Of a stretch of 64,000 nt of DNA, positions 8,288 to 19,313 are shown in pieces. The notes beneath the pieces are model-generated. The model ran no database searches. It was given only the letters and a program-made list of their open reading frames with translations, and was not told the origin of the DNA. Within the stretch, counting starts at the first letter, position 1, and every line of letters begins with the position of its first letter. Origin of the DNA: Candidatus Latescibacterota bacterium (GTDB lineage Bacteria > Latescibacterota > UBA2968); assembly GCA_965222605.1 (NCBI GenBank), contig OZ244960.1, positions 576,001 through 640,000 on the forward strand, written 5' to 3'. Position numbers and translations under genes: made by a program.

Positions 8288-10429
8288 TCACCCGGCCAGC
8301 GAGAACGCGCACACCCGGCTCCAATCGCTCCACACCCCATGTGCATTTCGCGCGCGCACGCGCCAATAATATTGCTCATCCGGGTTCAACAGCCCTGCAA
8401 ACTGCGGTTGCCAGCACGTTTTTCCCGCGTATGCCGTGCGGCTCACATATCGGTCAAAAGTGGGACACACGCACCACCTGAAATCCGAGCATCTGCTCAC
8501 CTGTACGTGATAATCATCCACCTGTGACCCATTTCCCTCAGGCCGTTTCCAGCGAAACTCAAAATCCGTCTGATTCAACTCTGCCCCATCATCGGGAAAC
8601 ACCGGTTCGGGTATATCCGGCGGTTTAATACAGTGCTCCTCCTGCCATCCGTAGATTATCCGAACATTCCGTTTTCCCTTTGTCTCGTCTCGATATTGAA
8701 TGTGATTTTCACCACAGAACAGCGATGGCAAAGATCGCGTTGCACACTGCAAATCTGTATCAAACCAAATTTTATCCACCCCCACATTCTCGACATTCGC
8801 ACCAGCCCACATCGCCACCTGAACATAATATTCATAACGCGGTCCAACCCGCCATCCAGAATCCCAATCTCCCCGCCAGTCGAACAACGCCGGATTCAAA
8901 TACCAGTCCAGATCCACACATGCACTTGCCCGATGTCCCGTTGCCACCCAGACTGACCGCCAGTCCTCTCCATCCCAAGACAGCAACACTTCAAGCCCGT
9001 CTTCCCGGCTCGCCCGTCTGTAGGACAAGCCCACTCGCGCTCCGGCAATTGGATATGGCGAACACACCTTCCAGATCATCCGGGAAACGCGCTGCTCCTG
9101 AGCCGGATGAACAGCCGGCAATCGACTGAATGTTTCCTGCATCACATCCACATGCTGTTCTAACCCCCTCAATGCCAGCGGATTCCGCAGATCGGGCCGA
9201 TAGACCAGCTTGCCATTGGAATACCGCACCTCCGGGTGCAACCGACGCCCCCGCACCACTGTTTTGCCCGCCTGATCCCAATAGCGCACCAACTTTTCGC
9301 CCGGCCGCAAGCGCATCGCCATCGTATGGGGCGGTGGCAACTGCGCCGTATCCTGTTGCACCCGGCCATCTCCTCGCGTCCATGCAGCACTCGGGTTCGG
9401 CGGATACACAAATTCCCGATTCTTGAACTGCGCGCTGTAATAATCCTTCTCCGCCAGATCTTTTCCCGCCAGCCCCAGGTTCCGGTGCGACCTCCTCATC
9501 AAATCTGGATCTCGCGTCAGATCCGCAACACTCGCCACAGTGCGGTTATCGCGTTTTAAAAAAAACACCATCTGATCCGTATCGAGCAAATGCCACGCCC
9601 CATTTGCCCACGCTTCAAAAATCGTATGGCTGCACTGCCGCCCCCGACCGTGTCCATCCAGAATACCGCCAACCCATACCTCGCGCGACTTCACCCCCAT
9701 CACCTCCCCCAGCCGACTCGTGGCAATCGCATATCCAATACACCCTTCAAACCCATACGCGTTAAACAGCTTTACCGGATCACTCACATCGTCATACCAC
9801 GATATCCCGCATCGGCTATCGTAAACCTCGTCCACGACAAACTGCCACAACGCCATCATCCGCTCTTCTTCGCCCAAATCTCGCCCGCCTATCGCTTCTT
9901 TCGCCATCGTCTCCACCGACCACCAATCCCGCTGTCCGTTTGTCACCAGCCACGGATTCACCACATCTGTCTCACCCGTATTCTCGATTACCACATACAG
10001 ATTTGGCTCAAACACCTGATCATAAGGCGGCATGCTCGAATTAGGTCCCGGGCAATACACCTCCGGTCCAAGAGTCACCGCATTCGACTCATCTACATAC
10101 CCACCCACCTGCATCTCAAACACCTCTGTCTTCTGCGTCAGTTCGGCCTGTTTCTCACAAGGCGCACGGGGCACCTGCACCTCAACGGGTTCCATATCCT
10201 TCAACTCGTCCTGAGTTGGATACCTATCAGCACCGATGGCGACATAATAATAAGTCTTCCCCGGTATCAAATCCGCCACATCCACATACCGATCCTCTCG
10301 GGCAACGCCAACTTCCTCAAATACACCTCCTACCCGATCCGCGCGATAGATCCGCACTCCCCGGGCGTCTTTGCAGTCCACCTGCATAGTAACGCAATTG
10401 ACAGCCGTATCCAAAATTTTGAGCGACAT
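8288..10429 (-). CDS. Transglutaminase-like domain protein with FN3-like terminal domains
   Basis: Candidate Cys-His-Asp triad: GFEGCIGYA...HTIFEAWANGAWHLLDTD; FN3-like YYYVAIG and YYWRVRARN..GVWSDWS. Start at MSLKIL (GGAGG RBS). Confidence 0.65.
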   Translation of the reverse strand: MSLKILDTAVNCVTMQVDCKDARGVRIYRADRVGGVFEEVGVAREDRYVDVADLIPGKTYYYVAIGADRYPTQDELKDMEPVEVQVPRAPCEKQAELTQKTEVFEMQVGGYVDESNAVTLGPEVYCPGPNSSMPPYDQVFEPNLYVVIENTGETDVVNPWLVTNGQRDWWSVETMAKEAIGGRDLGEEERMMALWQFVVDEVYDSRCGISWYDDVSDPVKLFNAYGFEGCIGYAIATSRLGEVMGVKSREVWVGGILDGHGRGRQCSHTIFEAWANGAWHLLDTDQMVFFLKRDNRTVASVADLTRDPDLMRRSHRNLGLAGKDLAEKDYYSAQFKNREFVYPPNPSAAWTRGDGRVQQDTAQLPPPHTMAMRLRPGEKLVRYWDQAGKTVVRGRRLHPEVRYSNGKLVYRPDLRNPLALRGLEQHVDVMQETFSRLPAVHPAQEQRVSRMIWKVCSPYPIAGARVGLSYRRASREDGLEVLLSWDGEDWRSVWVATGHRASACVDLDWYLNPALFDWRGDWDSGWRVGPRYEYYVQVAMWAGANVENVGVDKIWFDTDLQCATRSLPSLFCGENHIQYRDETKGKRNVRIIYGWQEEHCIKPPDIPEPVFPDDGAELNQTDFEFRWKRPEGNGSQVDDYHVQVSRCSDFRWCVCPTFDRYVSRTAYAGKTCWQPQFAGLLNPDEQYYWRVRARNAHGVWSDWSRVCAFSLAG

Positions 10430-10537
10430 CTCTGATCCTCCTCTGATCAAAGCAGAAAATCGCTTGATGGATCATCCACAGGCATGTTATATTCCCTCAA
10501 ATCTTCCCTCTAACCTCCCAATCTCAGGAGACACGCC

Positions 10538-11599
10538 ATGAAACTCGTCGAAACCGATCCCAACTCCGGCGCTGAAATCTACCAGCTCATCGACGATCCC
10601 CGCCCCGCCGATAACATCTATGGCGAACAACCCTATTCCTCGGCAGATGGGAACCGCGTCACAATTCGATATTATCCCAAAAATGGTCAGGACGGTGGCC
10701 TATCCTTCCTCGACCTTGCAGACGGTAGCCTCCACACTGTACTCGCCGAAGCACCCCATTTCCCCGCCTTTCACGCCTGGGGCGAACACCTCTACTACCA
10801 TCAGCAAGACGGGGACGCGCTCGTACTCAGACGCTGCAACTATCAAACCCTGAAAAAAGACGACATCACATCTTTGCCGATCGAAGAGGGTCGATTCAGC
10901 TACGGCACCACTTCCCAGGACGGACAATACTACGCTGCCAGTGTCCATCCCGAAGAAGGCTCGAGCAAAGTCTGGTGTACAGACCTCTCAACCGGAAAAT
11001 GCGGCACCCTTGCCCAACGGGACGACTACCACTTCAAACACGAGCAATTCTCCCTCGACGGCAACAACCGCATCCTCATTCAAGCCAACAAAATGCCCGA
11101 CGTCAAATTCGTCCACCTGGGTGCCCTTGAACCCGACCGCGAAGGCATCACATGGTTTCCCGTTGATCGCCCACACACGCCGCGGCCCACCGGCCACGAA
11201 GCGTGGATCGGCACAACCGACAACATCTTCATCTCCACTGGACAAGACGAAGACAGCGAGGGGAACGTCTGGACTGCGGGCTTACGCGACAATGCGCCAA
11301 ACCTGGTCAGCAAAACTCCCCATCGTTTCGGTCACGTCAGCGTCTCCCGCTGTGGTCGATACTGGATCGGAGACGCCACCCAGGAAGAAAACATCCCCAT
11401 CCACATCGGTTCCCTCGAATCGGGTCGTCACAAATGCCTCGTCCTCAGCCGCACCGAACACGACAGCAACCAGTGGTCTCACACCCATCCTTACATGACC
11501 TCTGACAATGCGTGGCTCATCTACACCTCTAACCGCAACGGTCACCCTCAGGTCTATGGTGCAAAAATCCCACAGGAGATCCTGAATAGCCTTTCGTAA
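10538..11599 (+). CDS. Oligogalacturonate lyase-like beta-propeller protein
   Basis: ETDPNSGAEIYQL, HEQFS, GHEAW, HPYMTSDNAWLIYTSNRNGHPQVY; AGGAG RBS. Confidence 0.75.
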   Translation: MKLVETDPNSGAEIYQLIDDPRPADNIYGEQPYSSADGNRVTIRYYPKNGQDGGLSFLDLADGSLHTVLAEAPHFPAFHAWGEHLYYHQQDGDALVLRRCNYQTLKKDDITSLPIEEGRFSYGTTSQDGQYYAASVHPEEGSSKVWCTDLSTGKCGTLAQRDDYHFKHEQFSLDGNNRILIQANKMPDVKFVHLGALEPDREGITWFPVDRPHTPRPTGHEAWIGTTDNIFISTGQDEDSEGNVWTAGLRDNAPNLVSKTPHRFGHVSVSRCGRYWIGDATQEENIPIHIGSLESGRHKCLVLSRTEHDSNQWSHTHPYMTSDNAWLIYTSNRNGHPQVYGAKIPQEILNSLS

Positions 11600-11705
11600 T
11601 CTACCCCAAAAACCGCCGCAACACATTTGTCGAAATATCAGACACCGCCTCGCTCACCAGCAGCGAACTGATATAAGTAATCGATCCTGTAGAGAACACG
11701 GCGCC

Positions 11706-13673
11706 TCACCACCCGTGCACCCCATGTCCCGCATCTGGAAACCAGATTATATCCACCACCTTCGAGACCCCAATCCCAAACAAATACCCCACAATCGCCC
11801 CGTACCAAAACGGCAACGACCGCCGGTAAAGACTCACGCCCCCAAGCCGGATGACAATCGTCTTCATCAACCACACGATCAGCAGACAAAAACCGTATCG
11901 CCCCACAGGCAAAGCAATCGCCGCCGGATGAAACGGCCACCAGGCCACCCGCGCCTTCAAATAAGTCAGCACCCCTGCCTCTGCAAACCCAAAAAACCAC
12001 ACCCCCAACTTCTGCGGATCGAACACCGTCAGCTTGCTCCCCTCAATCAGCGACACCCTGCCCATCAGCACACCCCAGTCCCACAGCGCCATATGCCCGT
12101 TCAGACCGCCCTCGGTATAACACCGGTAAAGCTGCGCGCCCACAGAAGCCACAAAACCCGTCAAAAACGCCACCGGGATACACCCCCAGATCAGCGGATG
12201 TCGCCGCAAATGGTCTCCCAGCATCCGAAAAAAATGCGTCACCGAGGGGATACACGTAATCCGAATCGGCACCCCGCAAAGCGCGTTGCTATTCACCAGC
12301 CAGATAGACGTCTGTGTCGCAGGTGGTAGATTCGACGTTCCGCCCAGCGCCAGAAGCACATCGGCTCCTTTTCCACCCGCAGGAGACAAAAAAATAAATC
12401 CAGTAGTCGCCGCGTATTTGGTAATCCCAAAAAAGCAGATAAATAACAATAGCAACTGCACCAGCATCACGGGAACCCGCATCCCGGCAGACACCATCCA
12501 TCCCCCCAAAAACACCGCCGAAGCCAACAACCCCAGCCACGCCGTGCGGTAAGAAACCGGCGTTCCGTCATCGTCCCCGCGCCCCCTTTCAAACGCCTTT
12601 TGCAGCGTCTCACGCAAATGCCCTCTGGCAACCCATACCGACCAGCCCACCAGAAAAACCAGCGCCCCGTGCGATTCCAGCATCGCGATCTCGCCGCCCA
12701 TCGCCGGCTGCCCGGGCAAACCCACTGTAAACCCCGTGCGGTTCAGTAACCCCTTTTTCAAAATATTCACAAAATCGTAAAACCAGAAACTGAACAAAAT
12801 ATCCAGCGGGCACAAATACGCCAGCCCCATAATCATCGGCTGCACCCGCAAAAAATAATCCGGAAAATGATGTCCCAGAGGCACGGCTTTGTACGTGGTC
12901 GAATAAAACAGGGTAATAGGCGGAAAGCTGAGGGCGAAATACCCGATGATATTCCAGCCAATAATCCCCGCCACAAACCCAAATCCCATCCAGAACACCT
13001 TATTCTTAAACACATCCGGCACGCGGCTGCCCGCGGACTGCCTGAGCATATCCATCGGGAATGTCGCCATCGGAAAAACCAGCCGCTCCTTCTCGTGCCA
13101 CTGTTTATAAAAAATCACACTCGAAAAAAAACCCGCTCCAACCAGCGACAAACACGCCATCAACCACCAGAACAGCGGCCGCACCCAGGCCAACCACGGG
13201 ATAGCCCCATCCACCTGCACCCCGGTAAACAACTGCCCGATCACCGCCTCCGATTCCTCTGGAAACAGCCAGTCCGGGAAATAGGGCATCACCACCTCTC
13301 GCATCCGGTTCTCAGGAGAAGCGTAGTGAGCCGGAGCCGCAATATCGGTCACCATATACATCGCCCACCCGATACCCGGCAAATTCCCCACCAACCACAC
13401 CATGAAAAACACCGTCAGCATCTCCATCCGGGACAGTGCCCACCGCCGCGCGAAAAGCTTCAACACCGTATTGATCCCCAGCCACACCACAAATGGCAAA
13501 GCCACAGCTACGGGCATATAATTCTTCACCAGACTCCGCCCGAAATAGGACATGAAAAGCGCCATCCCCACAATCGTGAACACACCGATCACCAGCGCGC
13601 GAGCCGTCACCCGTTCACGGAGTGCCCCGGCCCGTTCTTCCACCGACTGCTTTTCATCGGTAGCAAGGCTCAT
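11706..13673 (-). CDS. DUF6785/DUF6784-family multi-pass membrane protein (putative transporter)
   Basis: YASPEN, IPWLAWVRPLFWW, KQWHEKERLVFPM, WWPFHPAA, RLGGVSLYRR; many hydrophobic segments; paralog of 33009-34988. Confidence 0.8.
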   Translation of the reverse strand: MSLATDEKQSVEERAGALRERVTARALVIGVFTIVGMALFMSYFGRSLVKNYMPVAVALPFVVWLGINTVLKLFARRWALSRMEMLTVFFMVWLVGNLPGIGWAMYMVTDIAAPAHYASPENRMREVVMPYFPDWLFPEESEAVIGQLFTGVQVDGAIPWLAWVRPLFWWLMACLSLVGAGFFSSVIFYKQWHEKERLVFPMATFPMDMLRQSAGSRVPDVFKNKVFWMGFGFVAGIIGWNIIGYFALSFPPITLFYSTTYKAVPLGHHFPDYFLRVQPMIMGLAYLCPLDILFSFWFYDFVNILKKGLLNRTGFTVGLPGQPAMGGEIAMLESHGALVFLVGWSVWVARGHLRETLQKAFERGRGDDDGTPVSYRTAWLGLLASAVFLGGWMVSAGMRVPVMLVQLLLLFICFFGITKYAATTGFIFLSPAGGKGADVLLALGGTSNLPPATQTSIWLVNSNALCGVPIRITCIPSVTHFFRMLGDHLRRHPLIWGCIPVAFLTGFVASVGAQLYRCYTEGGLNGHMALWDWGVLMGRVSLIEGSKLTVFDPQKLGVWFFGFAEAGVLTYLKARVAWWPFHPAAIALPVGRYGFCLLIVWLMKTIVIRLGGVSLYRRSLPFWYGAIVGYLFGIGVSKVVDIIWFPDAGHGVHGW

Positions 13674-13692
13674 ATCCCAACGCTCTCAGTCA

Positions 13693-14958
13693 TCACAATT
13701 GCTCCAGCAATCCCAAAGCCACATCGACAATCTGCTCGCCACAGCCCGGCGCAAAGACGCTTGCTTCCGGCTCGTATCCCCCTTCTTCATAAGACTGCCT
13801 CGTCGGCAAATAACCCACCGAATCATTGGCCAATTCGATCACTATCGTCTGAGAAAATGGAGACCGGGCTTTCAGATCCAATCCCAACTCCACCATCAAT
13901 TCCCCCGGCACTGCCACAATGCCCAGGTCCCCAATGCGAAGTGCCTGCACCCACGTCCGCACCCGATCCGGTACATCGGCCATGCGTTTGGTCACCCGCC
14001 GCACAAAAGCGCGTTCGGCCATCGTGGGCCGCTCCATATCTTCAATCTCCCTCACCCTCTCCAGGTCGGCCTCTGAAGGCTTTGACTTGCGCGCCAGAAC
14101 CACCTCTTGCATCGCCGCTCCGAGAGACACATCGGCTGCAAAATCCATCTCATTCCACACCCACAGGACACCCGCAGCAATCAAACCCGCCACCCGTTCT
14201 GCATGCAAAAAACGGTCTTTCACAGGGCGCGTCTCCCCCAGCACATCTATATTGTTGATATCTCCACACGCACCATTTGAAAGCGCCGCGACAAAAGAGG
14301 CGTCTCGCATCCGCTGAATCAGTGTTGAAAAAACCCCAAAATAATCCGCGGAAATCGAATACGTAGATTCGGGCACACCGATATAATGCAGCGCGTAATT
14401 GGCCAGCAAACCAATCGCCTCCCCGTCAACGCCCTGAAAACAAATCGCGCCGATCTCCGGATCAATCGGCCCCATTGGTGCCACCACATCGGGATTGCCC
14501 ACCCCCGGATTCGTACGCACCGACCCATCGCTCATGCGATAGCGGCGGTTAAAAACCACGCGGTCCTCCAATGTACGCCCAAACCCCATCGTCGCTGGCT
14601 TTCGGCTCTGCCACGCCAACCTGACCGCATCGGCGATCCGATCAATCAAAAACGCCGTATAAGCATCATCGCCCGTAGCCGCCCCCGTGTGCGTATGCGT
14701 GCAAGAAATCAAAACCCGTTCCGCACTCAGTTCCGTCTCCGCAGCAATCCGTTCCTTAGCGCGGTCCAGATAATCTCGCTTTACCCCGAGCAAATCGCAC
14801 ACCACAATCGCCACACCTTCTCCTCCTCGTTCCACCACAAAACTTCGCACATGCAATGGATCGCGCACCTTCTCGGCAAACCGATCCTGAAACGATCCCG
14901 GAATCATCGTGCCCAGCGGTGGTGTAATATCCAGACATGCAACTCCTGCAGTGATCAT
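13693..14958 (-). CDS. Neutral/alkaline ceramidase-like metallo-amidohydrolase
   Basis: DITPPLG, CTHTHTG, FNRR, NYALHY, ISADYFG, NGACGDIN, GYLPT...GGYE. Start at MITAG using the AAGGAG RBS. Confidence 0.8.
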   Translation of the reverse strand: MITAGVACLDITPPLGTMIPGSFQDRFAEKVRDPLHVRSFVVERGGEGVAIVVCDLLGVKRDYLDRAKERIAAETELSAERVLISCTHTHTGAATGDDAYTAFLIDRIADAVRLAWQSRKPATMGFGRTLEDRVVFNRRYRMSDGSVRTNPGVGNPDVVAPMGPIDPEIGAICFQGVDGEAIGLLANYALHYIGVPESTYSISADYFGVFSTLIQRMRDASFVAALSNGACGDINNIDVLGETRPVKDRFLHAERVAGLIAAGVLWVWNEMDFAADVSLGAAMQEVVLARKSKPSEADLERVREIEDMERPTMAERAFVRRVTKRMADVPDRVRTWVQALRIGDLGIVAVPGELMVELGLDLKARSPFSQTIVIELANDSVGYLPTRQSYEEGGYEPEASVFAPGCGEQIVDVALGLLEQL

Positions 14959-15010
14959 AGAACTCTCCTTTAAAAAAATCCTACGCCTTCCCCATTGCTT
15001 GCAGCGAGCG

Positions 15011-17185
15011 TCACGAATGAATCCCCGTCCGCCCCCAGGCCATCTCAGAAGGCACCGACTCATTGCCCGCCCGGTCCACGGCCGTCACGCGGTAATAATA
15101 CGTTGTCGAACACCAGTAGGGCGTAGCCGAAGGTAACCCCCAGTCAATCCACCCTATCTCTGAGGGCGAGGCAATCAGTGTGCGCTGGTCGCAGACAAAA
15201 TTGGGATCCGTGCTGGCGTACACATTGTAGTGATGGAAATCCGGATCCGACACTGGTGCCCAGGTCACCTGTAATTCCGACACATCGCCGGTCTCCACTT
15301 CTACCCCCGTCACCTGTGCGGGAGGCGTCGCGTCTTCTCCACCCTTTTCGGATGGAATATATGCGGTATCATCAGTCAGAAGCAATTGATCCAGCTTTAC
15401 ACCCCGATTTGATGTTGCCGCCGTCAACACATGCGCGCCCCCATCAAGATTCAGCACAATCGGTCTCCCGCGCGCGTCCAGCACCCGCACCCATCCCCAA
15501 GCATCCACCACTGCCTCACAGCACCCCACTTCCCGGTCATTGCAACATACAGTGAATCCCAAAATGCGATCGAGTTTTCCCGCCACCCGCGCCCACAGAC
15601 CATAGGACCCGGACCTGGGCAAATCCACATCCATGTGTACCCGTCCCGACTGCTCACTATCCTTCAACGCCACAAAATACAGATTGGACGCTCGTCCATC
15701 GAACTGATCAGTTAGCCCTTCTCGCCGCCCCAGTTCCGGTTCGATAAATAGCCGCACAGGCTCTTCCCCCGGCTCACTTCCCATCCGCACTTCAGCAGAA
15801 GATCGCCCCTCCAGCCCGGAATATTCCACCATCGTCACCCGGTAAAACGCCGTGCCCTGCCCGTGCGTTCTGTCTTCAAAAGCGTCACCGGTCACAATAC
15901 CCTCACTGACCTGCTCAAATCCCTCGCCCGATTCTCGACTTCGGTACACGTAATATCCCTTCAACTCTTTCGAGCGATCGGGACGCTTCCACGTCAGCCT
16001 TACCCGCCCTTCACGCCCTTCGGCCTGCAGTCCCACTGGTGGGTCGGGTCTTCTCAGCACAGCCACATACACCTCGCCCCACAGCCCCACCATATCCGAA
16101 TCAAAAACCACCTTGGTCCCATCGGGACTTACAATCGGCGCCGGATGCGTGGACTCGGCATCCGGATGCATTGCCCCCCAGCCCTGATAGGAGCTATTGT
16201 GGTAACAGATCCGGTGAATCCACCCCCGCTCTTCAGTATGAATCAGCAAAATCTGATTGGCGTATGGCCCTCTGGCCGTCACATCTGAAACAATCCACTC
16301 GTTGTCAAAACTCCATCCCCCGTGCATGCCACCCGCCAGATTGACGATCTGCCGCCTGTTCGTGCCATCTTTGTCCATTACCCAGATACTCGACTCTGAG
16401 GCATAAGACCATGCGTGCCCGTCGTGCGCCCAATCCGGATGTCCCGCCTGTCCACACGGCAACTCTGTTTTACCCGTTCCATCCGCCTGGATGATATAAC
16501 TGCCCAGCCTCACCTCTTTAATCGGATCGTTCAAATTGTAAAAGATGGAATAATCAGCCCCCCGCGTGAACCGCAGCCGGTGAATATTGCCCTCGATGGG
16601 TACTTCTCGCTGTTTTCCGCTCTGGATATCGATCAGATAAACCGTCCACACCTTTTGTTCTGGATCCTTTCGCCCCCGCACCAGGAGTTTCTTCTCATCG
16701 CTGCTGGGCGGGCAAAACTCCACGTTGTGTTGCAGATCTACCGACGCGAGTTCGCGCCTTTCTCCCGTCTTTACATTGACTGAACAGAACGCCGTCCGAG
16801 AGCCGCGGTTAGCGGAATAATACATCACGTCCGGCTTCAAACCACTCCACAAAGGCCGCGGCACCCGCCCTTCTTCGCCGCGAATATACAATTCCCGGAT
16901 CCGCCCTCCATCCGCATCCATAAGCCAGTTTCCCCCGTGTTTGCCCGGCCGCCGCGATACAAAAAACAGTGCGGAACCATCGGCATTCCACGCCGGAATA
17001 TCGTAATAAATATGTCGCGAAATCGCCGGATCGTGCGTCAGTTTCCACACCTCGGCATGCGTTCCCGTATCCCGAAAAATCGTGCGCTCAGATGCGTAAG
17101 CATCTCCATTTTTCAGCTTCTCATATGGCTTGTGCCCGTCCCGCACCGAAAGCGTCTCTAGATTGTGAGATCGATCAATGGCCAT
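15011..17185 (-). CDS. Beta-propeller (TolB/oligogalacturonate lyase-like) protein with FN3 and carbohydrate-binding-like domains
   Basis: DTGTHAEVWKLT, HPAPIVSPDGTKVVFDSD, FN3 motifs GYYVYRS and YYYRVTAVDRAGNES. Confidence 0.65.
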   Translation of the reverse strand: MAIDRSHNLETLSVRDGHKPYEKLKNGDAYASERTIFRDTGTHAEVWKLTHDPAISRHIYYDIPAWNADGSALFFVSRRPGKHGGNWLMDADGGRIRELYIRGEEGRVPRPLWSGLKPDVMYYSANRGSRTAFCSVNVKTGERRELASVDLQHNVEFCPPSSDEKKLLVRGRKDPEQKVWTVYLIDIQSGKQREVPIEGNIHRLRFTRGADYSIFYNLNDPIKEVRLGSYIIQADGTGKTELPCGQAGHPDWAHDGHAWSYASESSIWVMDKDGTNRRQIVNLAGGMHGGWSFDNEWIVSDVTARGPYANQILLIHTEERGWIHRICYHNSSYQGWGAMHPDAESTHPAPIVSPDGTKVVFDSDMVGLWGEVYVAVLRRPDPPVGLQAEGREGRVRLTWKRPDRSKELKGYYVYRSRESGEGFEQVSEGIVTGDAFEDRTHGQGTAFYRVTMVEYSGLEGRSSAEVRMGSEPGEEPVRLFIEPELGRREGLTDQFDGRASNLYFVALKDSEQSGRVHMDVDLPRSGSYGLWARVAGKLDRILGFTVCCNDREVGCCEAVVDAWGWVRVLDARGRPIVLNLDGGAHVLTAATSNRGVKLDQLLLTDDTAYIPSEKGGEDATPPAQVTGVEVETGDVSELQVTWAPVSDPDFHHYNVYASTDPNFVCDQRTLIASPSEIGWIDWGLPSATPYWCSTTYYYRVTAVDRAGNESVPSEMAWGRTGIHS

Positions 17186-17214
17186 GTCAAATCTCCTTTT
17201 CTCTTTCTGATCAT

Positions 17215-18072
17215 TTAACCCATTCCAAACTGCCGATTCAAAAATTCAACTGTCTCTCTAAAAAACCGCGCCTGAATCGCCTCTTGACCCTCCTCTGGCA
17301 CATCCTCCCGCATCCGCACCACGCATTCTACACCCAGCGCATCCATCTTCTCCTTAAGCACCTGTCCGAATATCGGATGGTGGATTCCCTGACCCGCATC
17401 TGGCTCGGGGTCCATTGGCAAATTTGGCGTGGTGTACCACAACATCACAGGCGGCGCATCTTTAGACACATAATTGATTGCAGAAGCTGCTTTAAACATC
17501 GCCCGGGCCTCCGGCTTGTCGAATTCTTCAGGCGAAAATCCAAAAAATAGTTGCAACGCCTCGTGTGCATACGCCGGCCCCGAAATAATCTTACGAATAA
17601 AATGCGGATCGTACGAACACTGTCCCTGCCACGACGCCACACACGTCAGCCGCGTGGATTGTCGGACCACCGGATCTTCGCTTTCCGGCTTTGCTTCTTC
17701 CCCGCGAAACCCGATCCACATCGAAATCCCGGCCCCAGCAGATCCACCACCAGCCGCCACCCGGGAAGCGTCCAAATTCCACTCTCCTGCCTTCCATCGA
17801 ATAAACTGAATTGCCCGCCGGCTGTGCTCCATCGCCGCCGGATACCGATCCGTTCCCGAAAGCGGATAATTGATCGCCGCCACCGAAATACCCGCTTCCA
17901 GGCAACCTTTTAGCAACACCTGCGAAATCCCCACTTTATCCCCACCCCGAAATCCCCCACCGTGAATATACACATACACCGGTGCCGGACCTTTCGAATC
18001 CGCCTGATACAGATCTACCACATCCCGCTCGTGATCCCCATACGCCACATCTCGATAAGTCGGTTCGCCCAT
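17215..18072 (-). CDS. Alpha/beta hydrolase (HSL-like esterase)
   Basis: HGGGF oxyanion motif and GGSAG nucleophile elbow. Confidence 0.9.
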   Translation of the reverse strand: MGEPTYRDVAYGDHERDVVDLYQADSKGPAPVYVYIHGGGFRGGDKVGISQVLLKGCLEAGISVAAINYPLSGTDRYPAAMEHSRRAIQFIRWKAGEWNLDASRVAAGGGSAGAGISMWIGFRGEEAKPESEDPVVRQSTRLTCVASWQGQCSYDPHFIRKIISGPAYAHEALQLFFGFSPEEFDKPEARAMFKAASAINYVSKDAPPVMLWYTTPNLPMDPEPDAGQGIHHPIFGQVLKEKMDALGVECVVRMREDVPEEGQEAIQARFFRETVEFLNRQFGMG

Positions 18073-18180
18073 TGTTCCCCCTTGAAATGTTATCTGTAAT
18101 CCCGGCTTTATTGTACCTGTTCGTCTCCCAGAAACACCGCCGTCAGACAGCTCAGGTCAAGGTTAAAGCACTAAGAAACA

Positions 18181-19218
18181 CTACGGTGTTTGAAATTTTC
18201 GGAACTTTGTCCGAAACCTCGATGTTTCAAGCACATCACGGTTCACCACGGCCTCGGGAATCTCACCCCGAAGAATCTGCGCGGCCTGGCGGATTTTATC
18301 GCGCCAGGCACCTTCGAAGTATTCATCGGTATGCCCCAGGGAGTGCGGGGATACAACGACATTGTCCATTTTGAGGATCGGATTGTCGGGATCGACGGGC
18401 TCCTGTTCGAACACATCCAATCCGGCCCCTCGAATCCATCCCTGCTGCAGCGCCTGAATGAGCGCGGCTTCATCGACGACGGGGCCGCGCGAGGTGTTGA
18501 TCAAATAGGCCGTGGATTTCATTTTGCGCAATTCTTCTTCCCCAATCAGATGGTGTGTCTGTTCGCTAAATGGGACGCTGATGCTCAGGAAGTCGGACTC
18601 AGCCAGAATCGTATCCATGTCCACCAGGTCTGCGCCGATATCGGACACGGCGTCCTGTTCTACGTAGGGGTCACAGACCAGGTGCCGCATCCCGAACGGC
18701 CTGGCCAGTAAAAACACCTCGTGGCCGATGTTGCCGACGCCGATGGAACCGAGAGTCTTGCCGGTCAGACCTTCACCGTGATACGCATCCCGTTCCGACC
18801 AGCGTCCCTGGCGGGTTATTCTGTCTTTGTTAATGAGTCGCATCGCGAGCGCCAGAATGAAGGTGATGATGGTGCAGGCCATTGGCCGGCGAACCGCGTC
18901 GGGAGCAAAGCAGAGCATGACGCCCGCATGGGTGAGAGCCCGAACATCGATGTGGTCGTATCCTACGCCGGTATAGAGAACTGCGATCAGTTGGTCGTTT
19001 CCCGCAAGTGAGCGCTTTGTCCAGTGAGCGGTCCAGGAGATGACCATATCGCATCCACGTATTTGTTCGGCGCCGACTTCCGGCAGAAACCGATCAAATA
19101 TCCGGTACTCGACTTCGGGCATCTCATTGAGCAGTTCCAGCCCCGGGCCGGGAATGGCCAGATTTCCGGCCGGATCGAAGAAATCTCTGGTAATTCCGAG
19201 CCTGACTTTCCTCTCCAT
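18181..19218 (-). CDS. D-isomer-specific 2-hydroxyacid dehydrogenase
   Basis: GVGYDHID, GSIGVGNIG, INTSRGPVVDE, GAGLDVFEQEP, SPH. Confidence 0.93.
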   Translation of the reverse strand: MERKVRLGITRDFFDPAGNLAIPGPGLELLNEMPEVEYRIFDRFLPEVGAEQIRGCDMVISWTAHWTKRSLAGNDQLIAVLYTGVGYDHIDVRALTHAGVMLCFAPDAVRRPMACTIITFILALAMRLINKDRITRQGRWSERDAYHGEGLTGKTLGSIGVGNIGHEVFLLARPFGMRHLVCDPYVEQDAVSDIGADLVDMDTILAESDFLSISVPFSEQTHHLIGEEELRKMKSTAYLINTSRGPVVDEAALIQALQQGWIRGAGLDVFEQEPVDPDNPILKMDNVVVSPHSLGHTDEYFEGAWRDKIRQAAQILRGEIPEAVVNRDVLETSRFRTKFRKFQTP

Positions 19219-19313
19219 ATATTCTCTCCTATTTTTCGTATTTAGAAGTCTGCGAAGGTAAAACCGTCTGCGTGAAAATCTCGAATTTGATCGGGTGTGA
19301 GATTCATAAAAAC

